From Vicugna vicugna (Eukaryota): 64,000 nt of DNA. The notes beneath the pieces are model-generated. The model was not told the origin of the DNA. It saw only the letters and a list, made by a program, of their open reading frames with translations, and did not search any database. The number at the start of each line of letters is the position of its first letter. The stretch's first letter is position 1. Both the position numbers and the translations under genes were made by a program. The stretch is from the NCBI GenBank assembly GCA_013265495.1, contig MU058198.1:3422419-3486418 (forward strand), in the 5' to 3' direction. Below, piece by piece: positions 36,738 through 50,264 of the stretch.

Positions 36738-38784
36738 TATTTGACTTATTTGAATCCAATTATGCAGAAAAGAGGAAAAATAATAGTTTAAGTGGTGTTG
36801 GCATGAGCTGAGGAAGAGCATTCATCAGAGAGTGCACAGCTCTCTGATTATCTCATCATAAGACATGTATCATTCAATTAGATGTAGGGGTTATGGTACA
36901 AGGTGGTAGATAAACACAAACCCACAGACTGAGTTTCATGGTAGTTTGCAATTTTGCCTGCACTTGCCTTTTAAATTACATGTGGATTTTGGAACTGAAT
37001 TTCCTGCCTAAGGGCAGTCTCTTGTGTTGGACTGAGAGAGTCTGTTTCCCTGAATTCTTAGCATGGAAGAATTACATGGTAAGATGAGATAGTATGTGAA
37101 ATTCTTTGCCTCACGCCTTCTGATGCTGAGGGAGGAATTACTAGTGTATTTGCGTGAGGCTAACTGGCAATGTGTATGCGGCGTGACTCTTGTGGTTTAG
37201 GGAGAGCAAAGGTCAACATGGAAACACATTCACGGTGCATGTCGCACCTGTAATTCTTTTTTTGGCATTTCCTTCACAGTCCCTGCAAAAAGTGTGGACC
37301 TAGGGAGTCATGTTTGCCTTAAAGTGACCAAGACTCTTCGGCCACAGCTGAGTGGACCAGGCATGGATACCTGACCCCAACTAAGCCTTAAAATCTGAAT
37401 TAGTGAAAGGAAAATTTGGGGCCATTGGAGTTCTGATCTACTGAAGGATGTGGGCCAGAGCTGATGCCATGCAACCCAAAGTCAAGGGCAAGTCTAAATT
37501 ATGGAAGAGACAGAACACAGGAGCCTTTCAGAGGATGCTGACCTGCAGAGGGAAGGAAGGATGCCCAGAAGGGGAAAAGCAGAGATGGGAGATGATTTGC
37601 TCCCAGAGAGAGAGGGCCAGGTTACTGGGGAGCTGACTCCTGCTCTAGGTTTCCATGGGATTCCTTGGACCCTGACACTAAAACTCCTTTTCTCTAATCA
37701 TTTAATTTGCTTTCAACAAGTCTTGAGCGTTTGGATTATAAATGTGTAGAATGCTTAGACAATGCTGCTGGTAGTGTAAAATTATATCCAATATTTTGGA
37801 GAAGAGTTTGGTTTTAACCCCTCAAGTTGAATATTCACAAATTCAACTTCACCAAGAAAAACTTCATCAGGAAGAACTGCTGCCTGTGCACAACTGGGAA
37901 TGTTGACAAGGATGTTTGTACCAGCATTGCTCAGAAGAATTAAAATCTGGATGTTCATCGATGGGAGAGTGGATAAACAACCTGCAGGATAGTCACACCA
38001 TGAATATTAGCAGCCAAAACAATGAATTACAGGGACTGCATCAATATGGCTGAATATAAGCCATATAATATTAAATGAAAAAAGCACACAGCCAGGACCG
38101 TGTCTGTTTTATTCCAGCTCAACCCCCCTCATCCAGCACATGCCTGCTCAGTAAATATTTCTCAAATGAATAAATAGGAGGAGTCGTTTTCTGGGGAGAA
38201 CTGTCGTTCAAGTCCACCAGAGGATGGGGCATATTTACTGCTACTTCTCTCCCAGCCTCTCATTCCTCACTTTTCCCACCCATTTTGTCCTTCACTTCTG
38301 CTCTCTCTTTTTCCTGTATCTTTTCCTGATTGGCCTAAGTTGGGGACCAGGCATCTGGCATTAAAAAAAAAAAAAAAAGCCATGTGGTTCTAATGTGCGG
38401 CCAGAAGGGCACATTTCCTTTGCTGGTGTTTTTGTTTAGGATGAGCACGTGATGTCATCTCAGCCAGTGAGCTGTGTGGGGAGGTCCACTGGGGGAGGCT
38501 CCTGGAACAGATTCCTTTCTCTCAGGAGGAACTCCGACGTATACACACATCCTTTCTTGTGTGTGCATTAGCATCTCTGGAAGAGTCCCAGGAAAGAGTA
38601 ATGCCGCAGCATTACCACTAGGAATGAGGACTTGGGGATGGGAGCCATCAGGAGAAGCCTCACTGTTGTCCAGGAATGCCAGTGACCAAGCCTTGGGTGC
38701 TATCCCAGATGTGTCCTTGGGGTGCCTGAAGGATGCGGGGTTCAATGGAGAGATGGGGAGAATGGCCTCAGTCTTAATTAACTC

Positions 38785-39615
38785 TTTTTAATTGAAGTAC
38801 AGTCATTTTACAATGTTGTGTTAATTTCTGGTGCACAGCATAGTGATTCAGTTATGTGTATATATATATTCCTTTTCATTATAGGCTATTATAAGACATT
38901 GAATATAGTTCCCTCTGCTGTACAGTAGGACCTTGTTGTTTATCTATTTTTAAAATTTTTTATTTATTCCTTAATTACTCTTTTTTGGGGGGAGGTAAGT
39001 AAGTTTTTATTTATTTTATTTATTTATTTTAATGGAGGTACTGGGCATTGAACCCAGGACCTTGTGCATGTTAAGCACATGCTGTACCACTGAGCTATGC
39101 CTTTTCCCTGTATTGTTGATCTATTTTATATATAGTAGTTACTACCGACAAATTCCAAGCTCCCAATTTATCCCTCCCCACCCTCTTTCCCTGCTGGTAA
39201 CCAGAAGTTTGTTTTCTGTCTGTGAGTCTGTATCTATTTTATAAATAATTTCATTTGTGTTCTTTTTTGAGATTCCACATATAAGTGATATCCTATGGTA
39301 TTTTTCTTTCTATTTCTGGCTTACTTCATTTAGGATGACGATCTCCAGGTCCATCTATGCCGCTGCAAATGGCATTATTTTATTCTTTTTTATTGCTGAA
39401 CAGTATTCCATTGTATAACTATACCACATCTTCTTTATCCAGTCATCTGTTGATGGACATTTAGTTTGTTTCCATGCCTTGGCTATTGCAAATAGTGCTG
39501 CTATGAATATTGGGGTGCATGTATCTTTTCAAATTAGAGTTCCCTCTGGATATATGACCAGGAGTGGAGTTGCTGGATTATAGGGTAAGTCTATTTTCAA
39601 TTTTTTAAGGAAACC
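38785..39615 (-). mobile_element. L1 3' end with nested vic-1 SINE (38952-39108)
   Basis: L1 tail motifs; SINE flanked by ttgtt(t/g)atctattt. Confidence 0.85.
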
Positions 39616-41684
39616 GCACCCTCTCCTTTGTCTTCCTCTCTCTCCTTATACCCGCTCCCTGTCCAGTCTCGCTTTTCTGTTCTAGAAGTTACTGTGTGAG
39701 GCCAAGTTCCCTGGAAGCAGGACCACAGGCAGGGACTCTTGCTCAACTGATTTATTGAGGAAGCGAGGGAAGCAGGATTGGGCAGAGAATCCAAACTCTG
39801 CAAGACTGCGGCTGAAGGAAGGCAGCTTCCTTCTGAGCCTTCAGAGAAGCTGGGAGCACGGATTTACCGCAGAGCCAGTCCCATCTGGAGGCAAAGGGAC
39901 TGGCCAGCGTGCCCCTGGCTAAGCTCAGCTCGGGATTGCGTGTGTGTGTAACCTCTCAGAAGGGGTGGCTCCTTTCCGACCAAGGGCAGTTTTCAAGAAA
40001 AGGGGGCATCACTCTACCCGACAAGCGCAGAATACACATTCTTCTCAAGTGCACGTGGAACATTCTCCAGGATAAATCGTATGTTAGTCCACAAAACAAG
40101 TCTCAGTACATTAAAAAATATTGAAATCATACAAAGTATCCCTTCTGACTACAGCAGAATGAAACTAGAAATCAGCAAGAGGAGGAAAACAGGAAAATTA
40201 GCAGATATGTAGAAACTGAACAACACCCTCAAACAATCGATAGGTCAACTAAATCACAGAGGAAACTAGGAAATGCTTTGAGATGAGTGAAAATAAAAAC
40301 ACAAGATAGCAATTGCATGACCTTTGTCCCAACTGCTCTCTTGAAATCCAAACTCTCATATCTAGTGAGCTATTTATAATATCTTTATTAGGATGTATGA
40401 CAAGCAGCTTAAGAACTTTTAAATGTTCTCCCTTTGAAATGTTCCCCTTTCTCTCTATTTACCATGTCAGCTAACGGCGCCTTCCAGTTTTTGGCACCAA
40501 AACCTTGGAATTATCCTTGACTCCTCTGTCTCTCACACCTTACATCCAATACATGAGCAAATCTTGCGGACTCTTCTTTCAAAATAGGACCCAGATTTGG
40601 CCCTTTCTCACCACTTCCACTTCTAACACCCTGATCCACCGTCATCTTTCACCTGCATTGCTGCAGTAGTCTCCCAGCTTCCGCTTTGCCCCAGTTACGT
40701 CTACATAACAGCCAGAGAGATTCTTGTGATGTTATTAAAACAGAAACTGGGTTATCGCATTCTCCAGCTTAAAGCAGTACCATGATGTCCTATCACACTT
40801 CAACTAAAACTTGTGGCCTAAAATGCTCTGCAAAACCCTGCAAGATATGAGCCTTGCCTCCTTGATGTTCATGACCTGTATCCTGGTCGTCTGGACCACA
40901 TCAAAGACACAAATAGTCTCTTGTTTTAATGTGTACTTTTAAACTTTGTGAGATTGGGCATCTTTTTATGCTTTTTGCCATTTCTATTTCACATCTTATC
41001 TCATTTTTTTCTAATGAGAAAATTGTAGGGTTTTTTTGGTTTTCCTTTTTGTTGTTATGTTTTCCTTTTGATTTTTAAGATATCTTTGTATTCTAAGGAA
41101 ATTATCTTTTATCTTTATATAGACTGTGAATATTTTTCCTGTTTTTCTTTTTGGCTTTGAGGGCTGTATTAATATCTATATCTACATCTCTACAGAGATT
41201 CTAATTTTCACATAGTCAAACTTGCCAATTTTTTTTTTCCTCTGTGGCTTCTGTGCATTGTTTCATGTTTAGAAAGGCCTACTCCAGTTCAAGATTGTAA
41301 CAAAATCTAAGATTTCTTCTGTATTGTATTGTTTCATTTTGCATTTAAACCTTTATTTTATCTGGAGTTAATTTTCGTATAAGAAGGCAGGGGTACAGCT
41401 TTATTTTTCCCCCCAAAGACGGATGTTCCAAATGACATTTGTTGAGTAATCCACATTTCCCCCACTATTTGAAATGCCACTTTTATCACAGGCCAAATTC
41501 CCATATATATTTGGATCTATTTCTGACTTTCTTGTCTGTTTCTTGTCTGTCTAGTCAGGACTATTACCACACAGATTATTGTACCTTTATAGTACATTTA
41601 AAAACCTGTTAGAACTAGTTTGCCCTCATTACTTTTTACTTTCCAGAGCTTTCCTGGATATTCTTGGGTTTTTGTTTTTCTTTT

Positions 41685-42535
41685 TTAAATGGCTTTATTG
41701 AGATATAACTCACATAGCATACAATTCACCATTTAAAGTGTACAATTCAGCAGATTTCGTGTATTCACAGATATGTGTAACCATCACCACGGTCAATTAT
41801 AGAACGTTTTCATCACCTCAAAAATAAACCTTGTGCCCTTTATCTATAACTCCCCTGGCTCCTCTAGCTCTAAGCAACCACTAATTTACTTCCTGTCTCT
41901 ATAGATTTTCCTATTCTTGACATTTCGTGTTATAATGGAATCATGTTATATGCGGTCTTTTGTGACTGGTTTATTTTACTTTCAAGGTTCATCTGTGTTG
42001 TGGCCTGTATCAGCACTCCATTCCTTTTTGTGGCTGAATAGTATTCCACTGTATGGCTATATCACATTTTGTTTATCCATTCAGCTGTGGACATTTTGGA
42101 TTGGATACTAGCTACTGTGAATAATGCTATGAACATTCACGGACAAGTTTTTGTTTGAACACCTGTTTTCAATTCTTTTGGATGCATACCTAGGAGTGGA
42201 GTTGCTCATATGGTAATTCTGTTTAACTTACTGGGAAATCTCCAAACGGTTCCACAGCAGCTGCACCATTTTACATTTCTACCAGCAATGCATGAGGCTT
42301 CCAATTTCTCCACATCCTGGCCACGACTTGTTATTTTCCCCTTGTTTTGTTTTTGTTTTTTTAATTCTAGCCAGTCTAGTGGGTGTGAAGTGAAATCTCA
42401 TTGTGGTTTTATTTGTATTTCCCTGGTGACTAATGATGTTGAGCATATTTTTATGTGCTTTTTGGCCACTTGCATATCTTCTTTGGAGAAATGTCAACTT
42501 AAGATTTTTTTTTTGCTCATTTAAAAATTGAGTTA
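41685..42535 (-). mobile_element. Old L1MB-like fragment
   Basis: gctttattgagatataactcacatagcatacaattcacc and ORF2-end motifs. Confidence 0.8.
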
Positions 42536-42971
42536 TTTGGCACCCCCAAATTTTAGCTGGGCACAGGGCACCCAAGGCTACAGAAGTGCCCAGCCTCCTC
42601 TGCAGCTAGACTGGTTGTGGGACTAAGCTCTTTCTCCAGGATAGAATGGGAAGCAACTTGTATGACTCCTAGGATATCTCCTAGGAGGGAGAGACAGGCC
42701 CTTTTTTTCTGCTTCTCCCTCTGTCCTGCTGCTGGAAACGTGAGTTCTGAGGCTGGAGGTCCATTCTCACCCGTATCCATCCTGGATGAGGGCAACTTCC
42801 CTGGAATGACAGAGCATCAAAGGAGAGGAATTCCCTAGAAGCCTTGCCAGACCAGCCCTGGATTGTCTGCCTCCAGACCCAAATGTGAGAGAGATGTAGA
42901 TCTATTTGCCATTTGTTACAGCAGCTGAACCTTATCCTAACCAGGAAAGCAGTCTTGGAGAGGACTTCTCT

Positions 42972-43456
42972 TTTATTGAAGTATAGTTAGTTACAATGTG
43001 TCAATTTCTGGTGTACAGCATAATGTTTCAGTCATACATATACATGCATGTATTCATTTTCATATTCTTTTTCATTATAGGTTACTACAAGATATTAAAC
43101 ATAATTCCCTGTGCTATACAGAAGAAACTTTTTAAAAATCTATTTTATATATAGTAGTTAATATCTGCAAAGCTCAAACTCTCAATTTATCCTTTCCCAC
43201 CCCCTTTCCCCCCAGTAACCTTAAGTTTGTTTATTAGGTTTGTGAGTATTTCTGTTTTGTAGATAAGTTCATTAGTATCTTCTTTTTTCTTTTTTAGATT
43301 CCACATATAAATGATATCATATGATATTTTTCTTTCTCTTTCTGGCTTACTTCACTTAGAATGACAATCTCCAGATCCATCCATGTCACTTCAAAGGGCA
43401 TTATTTTATTCTTTTTATGGCTGAGTACTATTCCATTATATGTATGTATGTATGTA

Positions 43457-43493
<37 letters not shown>

Positions 43494-43611
43494 ACCACAT
43501 CTTCTTTATCCAGTCCTCTGTGGATGGACATTTACATTGTTTCCATGTCTTGGTTATTGTATATCGTTCTGCTGTGAACATTGGGGTGCATGTTTGTTTT
43601 TGAATTAAACT
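42972..43611 (-). mobile_element. L1 3' end
   Basis: 19-bp TSD tcttggagaggacttctct/tcttggaggggacttttct. Confidence 0.9.
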
Positions 43612-46530
43612 TCTTGGAGGGGACTTTTCTGTGTATTTCCCTTGCATCAGGCTGCTCCAAGACCCACAGCTGTCTGAAATTCTCAACTGTCCCTTGGTGA
43701 CAATCAAGTTCAGCTGTAATCCACTCTCCTCTCCAGGCACACCTCTGAAAGTCTAGTGCATGAAGATCATTGCTCCCAACTACACAAGTCTGGAGCTAGT
43801 ATCTTCCAGGGGCATCGTCTTGCTCTTTCCACCCACACTTGTACACCCCAGCCCTACTCTTTCCCAAAGGTGCAGCCTGTTTTGACATATGCTGTGCTGA
43901 CTCTTTCCCTGCAAATATCTGTAGATTCTAATGAAATAACTCAGGAAACAGGCCACCTTGTGTGGAGTGTAACTTGATTATTGCTAGAAAGACAAGTTTG
44001 GAACTGACAAGCTCCCTGCTAAGCTGACAAACTGAAAAGCTTAATTTGAAAAACTAACCAAATTTCACTTGCAGGACGAAGGCAGTGGAACTTGGTCAAG
44101 ACTTGGCCTGAGTTTTCAGCATGAGAAGACAGCTATTTGGACTTCTCAGATGTCTGGCCTTGTTCATATGTCTTATATGCCCTCAACCCTTAGGGAGCCT
44201 GCAATTTTATGGGGGAAAAAGAACTCTAATATATATTAAGATATTAAACTCATTGAGAACATTGCAAAAAATTGGATTATTTGTCATTGTTATTGAATTG
44301 TGCTATATTTTCCCTACTATTCTTGCATCTGCGTTTTCTCAGTTGAACCTCAGTATTGCTTCATCATGAAAGTCTAGCAACTTTTCTGTACCTTAAAAGC
44401 AACAAACAAATGTTCAGCCTGAATCCAATTCAACAGAGTCTGCAAATGAAAGCATTTCCCCTTTAAATGCCCTGGAAAGATGTGCACGTATATCGTGAAG
44501 TTGATTTAAAAGCCACTTGTGCGCATAAAGCAGGGATGGGTTCTAGCATAGCGTTTTCCTGTTGGCTTGTGATACTGCGTGCATGCAAGTTGTTAATTAC
44601 TCTCTGGCCTGATTCACTTGAGTATAGTGCTGACTCAGAGATGAACTCTTTCCAAGATCAGCATCCCACGTTGGCCCCGGGTGATTATTGCAGCATCTCA
44701 AGGACTCTCATCCCCTCCTAGGTTCAGAACCTAACCCGAACTACACTCCCAGTGAGGCACTGGAGTGGCTGCTGGGCTCCATTAGGGAACAGCATGGTTT
44801 CCCGCGTGCTCTAGTCCTTGGGGGGCATATGAAAGGAAATCAAGCATTCTTTATGCCAGTTGTCTAATCCTTGGGGTATCTCAAAGTGAAGCAAGCACTT
44901 CTCAGATCAATATTTTCAAGACTTATCTGATGTGAGACTCTGCCTGGGGCTGGAGGATTGATTGTTTCTCCAGTTTCTCTCTCTCCAGGGTGAGCATGAA
45001 CTTGAACCCTTGTAATGAATGGCTTGCATTTCTGCCCCTCACCCCCTGGGAAACTTGTGTCTATGTGTGACTATTATGGGGGGAGACGGGGTAATGAGAG
45101 ATGCAAAACTTGCTTGTTCCCTTACAACTGAGTTTCTCAACATTTTTTTCATCATCACCTCAACTTAAGGAGTGTTGTTAGACTTTTTCCCCTAATCATT
45201 CTTCTCCCATGAAATTTTAATACTACAGATCTGCTATGTATCTCTATATTTGTGCTTCATATATAAAAAGAGTAAGATATTCTGTTCCCTTGGGGAGATG
45301 TGGCCCCCTTTGAGGATACATCCTTTAAAATAGTTCACGATTATTTTATGTGATGGCAGCCTCCTTCACAGAAAGTGGGAAGACGGTAGTCTAGCAAGTA
45401 TGGGAGCTAATGCACTTCAAGTGCTCAGCAACGTACAGGGCCCATGGTGAGGGCTCAAAAAAATGAGACCTCTTATGGTTGTTCTCATTATTATTACATT
45501 AAGTTTGGTCACAGTGAGGTTTGTCACCCTCCCTCAGGCTGCGTGTGGATTCCCATGGTGCTTGAGGGCTGATCAGAGGTCTAAGTCAGTCCCAGTCTGG
45601 AACTTCTACCAAAGCCGACAGGGTTTATAAGAGAGCAACTGAGCTGGGTGGGGACTGTGGCAAGTGGACCGACCTGGATGCCCCACCTAAACACGGCAGC
45701 TGTTCCCCAGCTGCAGCTCAGTGATGCAGGCAGGAACACTGGCCGAGTGGTGTCAGACCTTCTGATTTCTCAGAAGCCAGGAATTTGGGATTTTGGGGTC
45801 AATCTCCTGATTTTGGAGCATTCACTCAATTAAACAACAACAGCTATTTGGACCAAACAAAAGAGATGAAATAAAGATCCGCTGACTTGTCCAGAGTCAG
45901 TAGCATAGCTGGGATTCCAACCCAAGTGCTCCAAACCCAGTGCTTCCTCCACGTAAAACAGCCCTCACTCGGCGCCTCACGACTCTGCCCGCTCCCGCTC
46001 TTTCGCTCTTCCGGTGAGTCCCTCAGCGCCTCTACCTCCCCGCCGTCCTGCCTGGGGAGGGGGCTCCACGCTGGGGCCATCAGGGATTAGGACGCATGCA
46101 TCTAGCTCCCCTCCCCACCTGCCACCCCTTCCCAGAAGGGCTTGGATTCTGTCTCCAGACAAAGAAGGTCGGGACCTCCGAGCCTGCTCAGCGGGACCCG
46201 GGAGGGCCAGGGGCTGGGAGGCCGGGCCCGGCCGGAGGAGGTGGGTCGGGGCCCGGGCGCGCGTGGGAACGCGGACCCGGCCCTGCGCAGCCCCTCCCGG
46301 CCCGGCCTCGGAGTCTCGGGATGAAGCCGCCCGTTGTTCGCGCCCGCCCCGCTGACCCCGCCGCCCTGGGCACGGTTTTCTATTCGCCCGGGTCGCGGGT
46401 GGGAGGCGAGGAACGCCGGGGTTCACGAGCCTGGCTCCCCGCCAGGGCTGTGGCCTTCGGCCCCGGGGCCCCGGGGCGGAGGCGCCCGGGAGGCGGACGA
46501 GGAGGACGCCGGCCGCGCCGCAGCTCCGCC

Positions 46531-46597
46531 ATGGGCTCCCGCAGCTCCCACGCCGCCAGGATCCCCGACGTGGACAGCATCCGGCGGGAGACCGGCT
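46531..46597 (+). CDS. CHP2: CHP2 exon 1
   Basis: gccATGG; MGSRSSHAARIPDVDSIRRETG|gtgag. Confidence 0.95.
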
Positions 46598-47020
46598 GTG
46601 AGAGCGGCGCGCGGCGTCCGGGGACCCGGCGGGGCGCGGGGCGCGCCGGTGGGGGCCTCGGGGTCGGGAGGGTCTAGAAGATTCGCGCATCCGGGGGCGC
46701 GGGCGGGCGCGCTTTCATCCAGGGGCCCGGCTCCGGGCTTAGGGGCACCCGGGTGGCCTCGGGCTGGGATCGAGGCAGACGGCAGAGCCGCAGGCGGATG
46801 GAGGGGGTCCTTGGTCCCTCTGTCTCCTGGATCGCGCTGGTCTCATCCCGCCCGTCCCCACCCGGCCCGTTTGGCCCGGGGACCCGGGTGGAGCCCCAGT
46901 TCCAGCCCTCCCTCCGCGCCCCCGCCCCCTCCCGCGGCCGCCTTCTGGATGGAGGGCGCTCGGGGGTCCGGGCGCACACCCAGCGTCCTCGGGGCGTCAC
47001 CGTCCGCCTTCCCTCCGCAG

Positions 47021-47093
47021 TCTCGCAGGCCAGTCTGATCCGCCTCTACCACCGGTTTCAGGCGCTGGACAGGAACGAGAAGGGCTACCTGAG
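47021..47093 (+). CDS. CHP2: CHP2 exon 2
   Basis: SQASLIRLYHRFQALDRNEKGYL. Confidence 0.95.
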
Positions 47094-47200
47094 GTGAGCG
47101 GGGGCTGCCACCTTTGACCTCCCGCCTGTCTCTCTGATCCCTTCCTCACCTTGACCACCTTCCGTCTTTGCCCCACCCCCTTTGAACTCCGACTTTACAG

Positions 47201-47281
47201 CCGCGTGGATCTGCAGCAGATTGGGGCGCTGGCAGTGAACCCCCTGGGAGACCGCATTATAGACAGTTTCTTCCCTGACGG
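47201..47281 (+). CDS. CHP2: CHP2 exon 3
   Basis: [26 protein letters not shown]. Confidence 0.95.
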
Positions 47282-47418
47282 GTGAGCATCGTCGGGGATG
47301 GGGAGATGGGAGTGAAAGCTTGTTGGGGGGAAGTTAGGGACGGAGTCAGAGGGAAAGCTGAGGTGACCACTTCTCCTCCATTGTTCGCCTCCATCCCCCA
47401 CCCCACCCCCTTCCCCAG

Positions 47419-47549
47419 GAGTCTGCGAGTGGATTTCCCAGGCTTTGTCAGAGTCCTGGCTCATTTTCGACCTGTAGATGATGAGGACAACGGAAACCGG
47501 GACCCTAAGGAACCTGAACCCCTCAACAGCAGAATGAACAAACTTCGCT
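47419..47549 (+). CDS. CHP2: CHP2 exon 4
   Basis: [23 protein letters not shown]...[11 protein letters not shown]. Confidence 0.95.
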
Positions 47550-47740
47550 GTGAGTTTGTAGCAACCCCCTACCCAAGAGAGACCCCAGATTTACCACACC
47601 AGTGAGAGGCCCCAGGCACCACCCACTCCCTTTGTGAGCCCACTGGTGACTCCCTCAGCCCCCATTCTTACAAGGTGAACGTTTGCGGGAAGAGAGCCAG
47701 GGAAGACCCACCTTCATCTTCCCCTCCACTCTCTTTCCAG

Positions 47741-47802
47741 TTGCATTTCAGCTCTACGACCTGGACCGAGATGGAAAGATCTCCAGGCATGAGATGCTCC
47801 AG
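47741..47802 (+). CDS. CHP2: CHP2 exon 5 (EF3)
   Basis: [20 protein letters not shown]. Confidence 0.95.
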
Positions 47803-48004
47803 GTTGGAAGAACATAGGGCAAGAGATGTGATCTGTGCGGGCTGGGGTGGTTGAATGGAATGGCTGTGAGGGATGGGAGGGATGGTTGGTGGGTGAGAGA
47901 TGCAGATGACTGGGATATTGCGTGGGAAATGGGAATGGGTGGGGTTGGAATGTGGATTGGTTGGGAGATGGGGAGGGGGACATTTGGGTATGAGGTTGGA
48001 AATA

Positions 48005-48225
48005 GACCATTTTGTTCTCCATTGGGGGTGATTTTACCCCTTGAATGACACTGGCAATATCTAGAGACATTTTTGGTTGTTACGATCGAAGAGGTGGCTG
48101 GTGCTATTAGCACCTGGTGGGCTGAGGTCAGGAACGCTGCTAAGACGTCTTACGATACACAGGACACCCCCATGACAAGGAGTTATCCGGTTCCAAATGT
48201 CGATAGTGGTAGACTGAGAAACTCT
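48005..48225 (-). mobile_element. MER20-like element in CHP2 intron 5
   Basis: Reverse-complement similarity to 3688-3912. Confidence 0.65.
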
Positions 48226-48590
48226 GGGATAGATGTGATGAAGTGGGGGATGGACTGGGGAATAGTTGGAGGATGAGGTGGGGAATGGGGTGGAAAGTAG
48301 ATGGATGTTGGGTTCTCAGGTTGGGGATGAGTAAATGAGCTTGGGCAGATTGTTGAGACGCGTGTGGGCTAGTGAAGGACAAATGGGGGTTTGGATCCAG
48401 AAGCAATGGGGGGATTTACAGGGGGGGGATATGGTGGGAAGTGATTGGAATGGGGTGAAAAGGGAATGAGGAATGGATTATGACATTAGTAGCAACTTCT
48501 GCGGTGATGTGGCTAAGGTTTGGGAGATGGTGCTCGTAGTCCCTGTGCCTCCTTTTTAGGGCTGTCTCTGTCTCTTCCTCTACCTCCCAG

Positions 48591-48713
48591 GTACTCCGGC
48601 TGATGGTCGGGGTACAGGTAACTGAAGAGCAGCTGGAGAGCATCGCTGACCGCACGGTGCAGGAAGCCGACGAAGATGGGGATGGAGCTGTGTCCTTCCT
48701 GGAGTTTGCCAAG
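48591..48713 (+). CDS. CHP2: CHP2 exon 6 (EF4)
   Basis: [41 protein letters not shown]. Confidence 0.95.
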
Positions 48714-48909
48714 GTCAGGATGCCCCCAGGCCTGGGAAGCTGAGATCAGGAGTCCCTAGGACAGATGGATATGGGAGATGAAGTTGGAGGGAGGAGGGCA
48801 GGAAGAGAGTGGTTCCCAGGAAATGATGGGACCTTGGGGTTGGGAGAGGAGGTTGGAAGCATAGAGGTTTGGAATTAAAGCCTCTTGACCATCACTCATC
48901 TTCCCCCAG

Positions 48910-48963
48910 TCCTTAGAGAAGATGAACATTGAGCAGAAAATGAGCATCCGGATTCTGAAGTGA
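48910..48963 (+). CDS. CHP2: CHP2 exon 7
   Basis: SLEKMNIEQKMSIRILK, TGA. Confidence 0.95.
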   Translation, partial: SLEKMNIEQKMSIRILK

Positions 48964-49134
48964 CCCCCTTTGTGCCTTTGGACTGCTTACACAGACGGGT
49001 TTCACTTGGTTTTCATCCTCACGGAGCACAGCCCCAGTAAACCATATTCCTCCTTCGACACAGAGCTCTATTTAGGGCCAAGAAGAGAAAGCTGCAGGGA
49101 TGTGTACTAACTCATTTGATCTCAGATCTGTGAA

Positions 49135-49680
49135 TCAGCTAGAAACCTTTTGGTTGCAAGTAACTGAAACCCCAAATCAAAGGGACTTCAGTTAAAAAGT
49201 GATTTTATGGGCTCATGTAATGAAAAGTGTAGAAGTGTCTTCAGAAAACTGGAGAAGTCTGGAAGTGTCTCAGGCACAGCTGGATCCAAGGGTTCAAATG
49301 ATGCTCTCAGGACTCAGTTATTCTCTGTCTCTCAACTTGGCTCTCTTTTGTGTTGGTTTCATTCTCAGGAGGGCTCTTTCCTCATGGTGGAGGATGGCTA
49401 CCAGCTGCTCCAGGCTTCCACCCTACTAGCTTAGTAATCCAGCGGGAAGAGATTTTCTTTTCCAATAATTCTAAGCAAAGAGGTCATCAGCGCCTCTGGG
49501 GCCTTGTCCCTTCTCCAGGTCTATTTGGCCAGGACTATGCCATGTGCTAGCTGCTAGGGCCAAGAAATAAGGTCTGAGGACTCAAGGTGGGGTAGGGGAT
49601 GGGTGCTTAAAGGAAAATGAAGGGCTGTTATCAGAAGGGGGAGTGATGCCAGTCGGGTAAAACAAGAATATCCATTACTG
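49135..49680. mobile_element. MLT1-type MaLR LTR in CHP2 3' region
   Basis: tttggttgcaagtaactgaaaccc...ctcaggcacagctggatcc. Confidence 0.6.
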
Positions 49681-49801
49681 TTAGGTTGACCAAACAGAGG
49701 GAGTCTTGAAGTCTGGCTTCTTAAATGGGTTTTCGCTGATCTTATGGGTGCTTGCCAGTATGATGGTGACGGGTTGTGGCGGGGAGAGGTGATGTAAAAG
49801 T

Positions 49802-49807
49802 AATAAA
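49802..49807 (+). terminator. CHP2: Candidate CHP2 poly(A) signal AATAAA
   Basis: First AATAAA seen after the CHP2 stop. Confidence 0.4.
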
Positions 49808-50264
49808 CAAGACATACCTTCCTAGAGTGTGAAATAATGAAAAAGTTTGGAGAGTAATTTCATTTTTTTTTGTGGTAAGATGTTCAGACATTGACATATC
49901 ACAGAGGAGAGTGGAGAAGTCTCATAAAATCATGAGACTCTATGTCTGTAGCAAAGCACGCTGGCTGTACGTATAGGACATGCTGTTGGTGCCCTGCCCA
50001 GATCCCTTCCCAGGTCGGTCTGTGCTGGAGTTGTCTTGTACCAACACGTGGGGGCCAATGGTGTTTCTATCTTCCTAGCTCTGCTTTCAGTGGTGTCAGA
50101 TTGGTAGCTTGAAATTGCTGTGGTGGTTAGATTTACACGACAGGCATTGGCAAATGCAATAGTCCAGGACTTTTCTGCTTGGGAGAGAGAGCCTGTAGTT
50201 AAACATCTCTCAGCACATCAGCTGCCTGGCATTCACCATTATGGTATAAGCCAATGACTTCCTT

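Larger units (their letters stand above)
45960..47110 (+). promoter_or_regulatory. CHP2: CHP2 promoter CpG island
   Basis: Very GC/CpG-rich over exons 1-2. Confidence 0.85.
46531..48963 (+). other. CHP2: CHP2 (calcineurin-like EF-hand protein 2) coding span, 7 exons
   Basis: Exons sum to 591 nt = 196 aa + stop; N-terminal MG, EF-hands [12 protein letters not shown] and [12 protein letters not shown]. Confidence 0.97.

Noticed and set aside
44340..44500. Protein-like stretch (KQQTNVQPESNSTESANE) after an acceptor-like site
   Set aside because: Stops in all frames and no recognisable homologue
45977..47038. 234/237-aa ORFs
   Set aside because: CpG-island artefacts, low-complexity R/G/P/A
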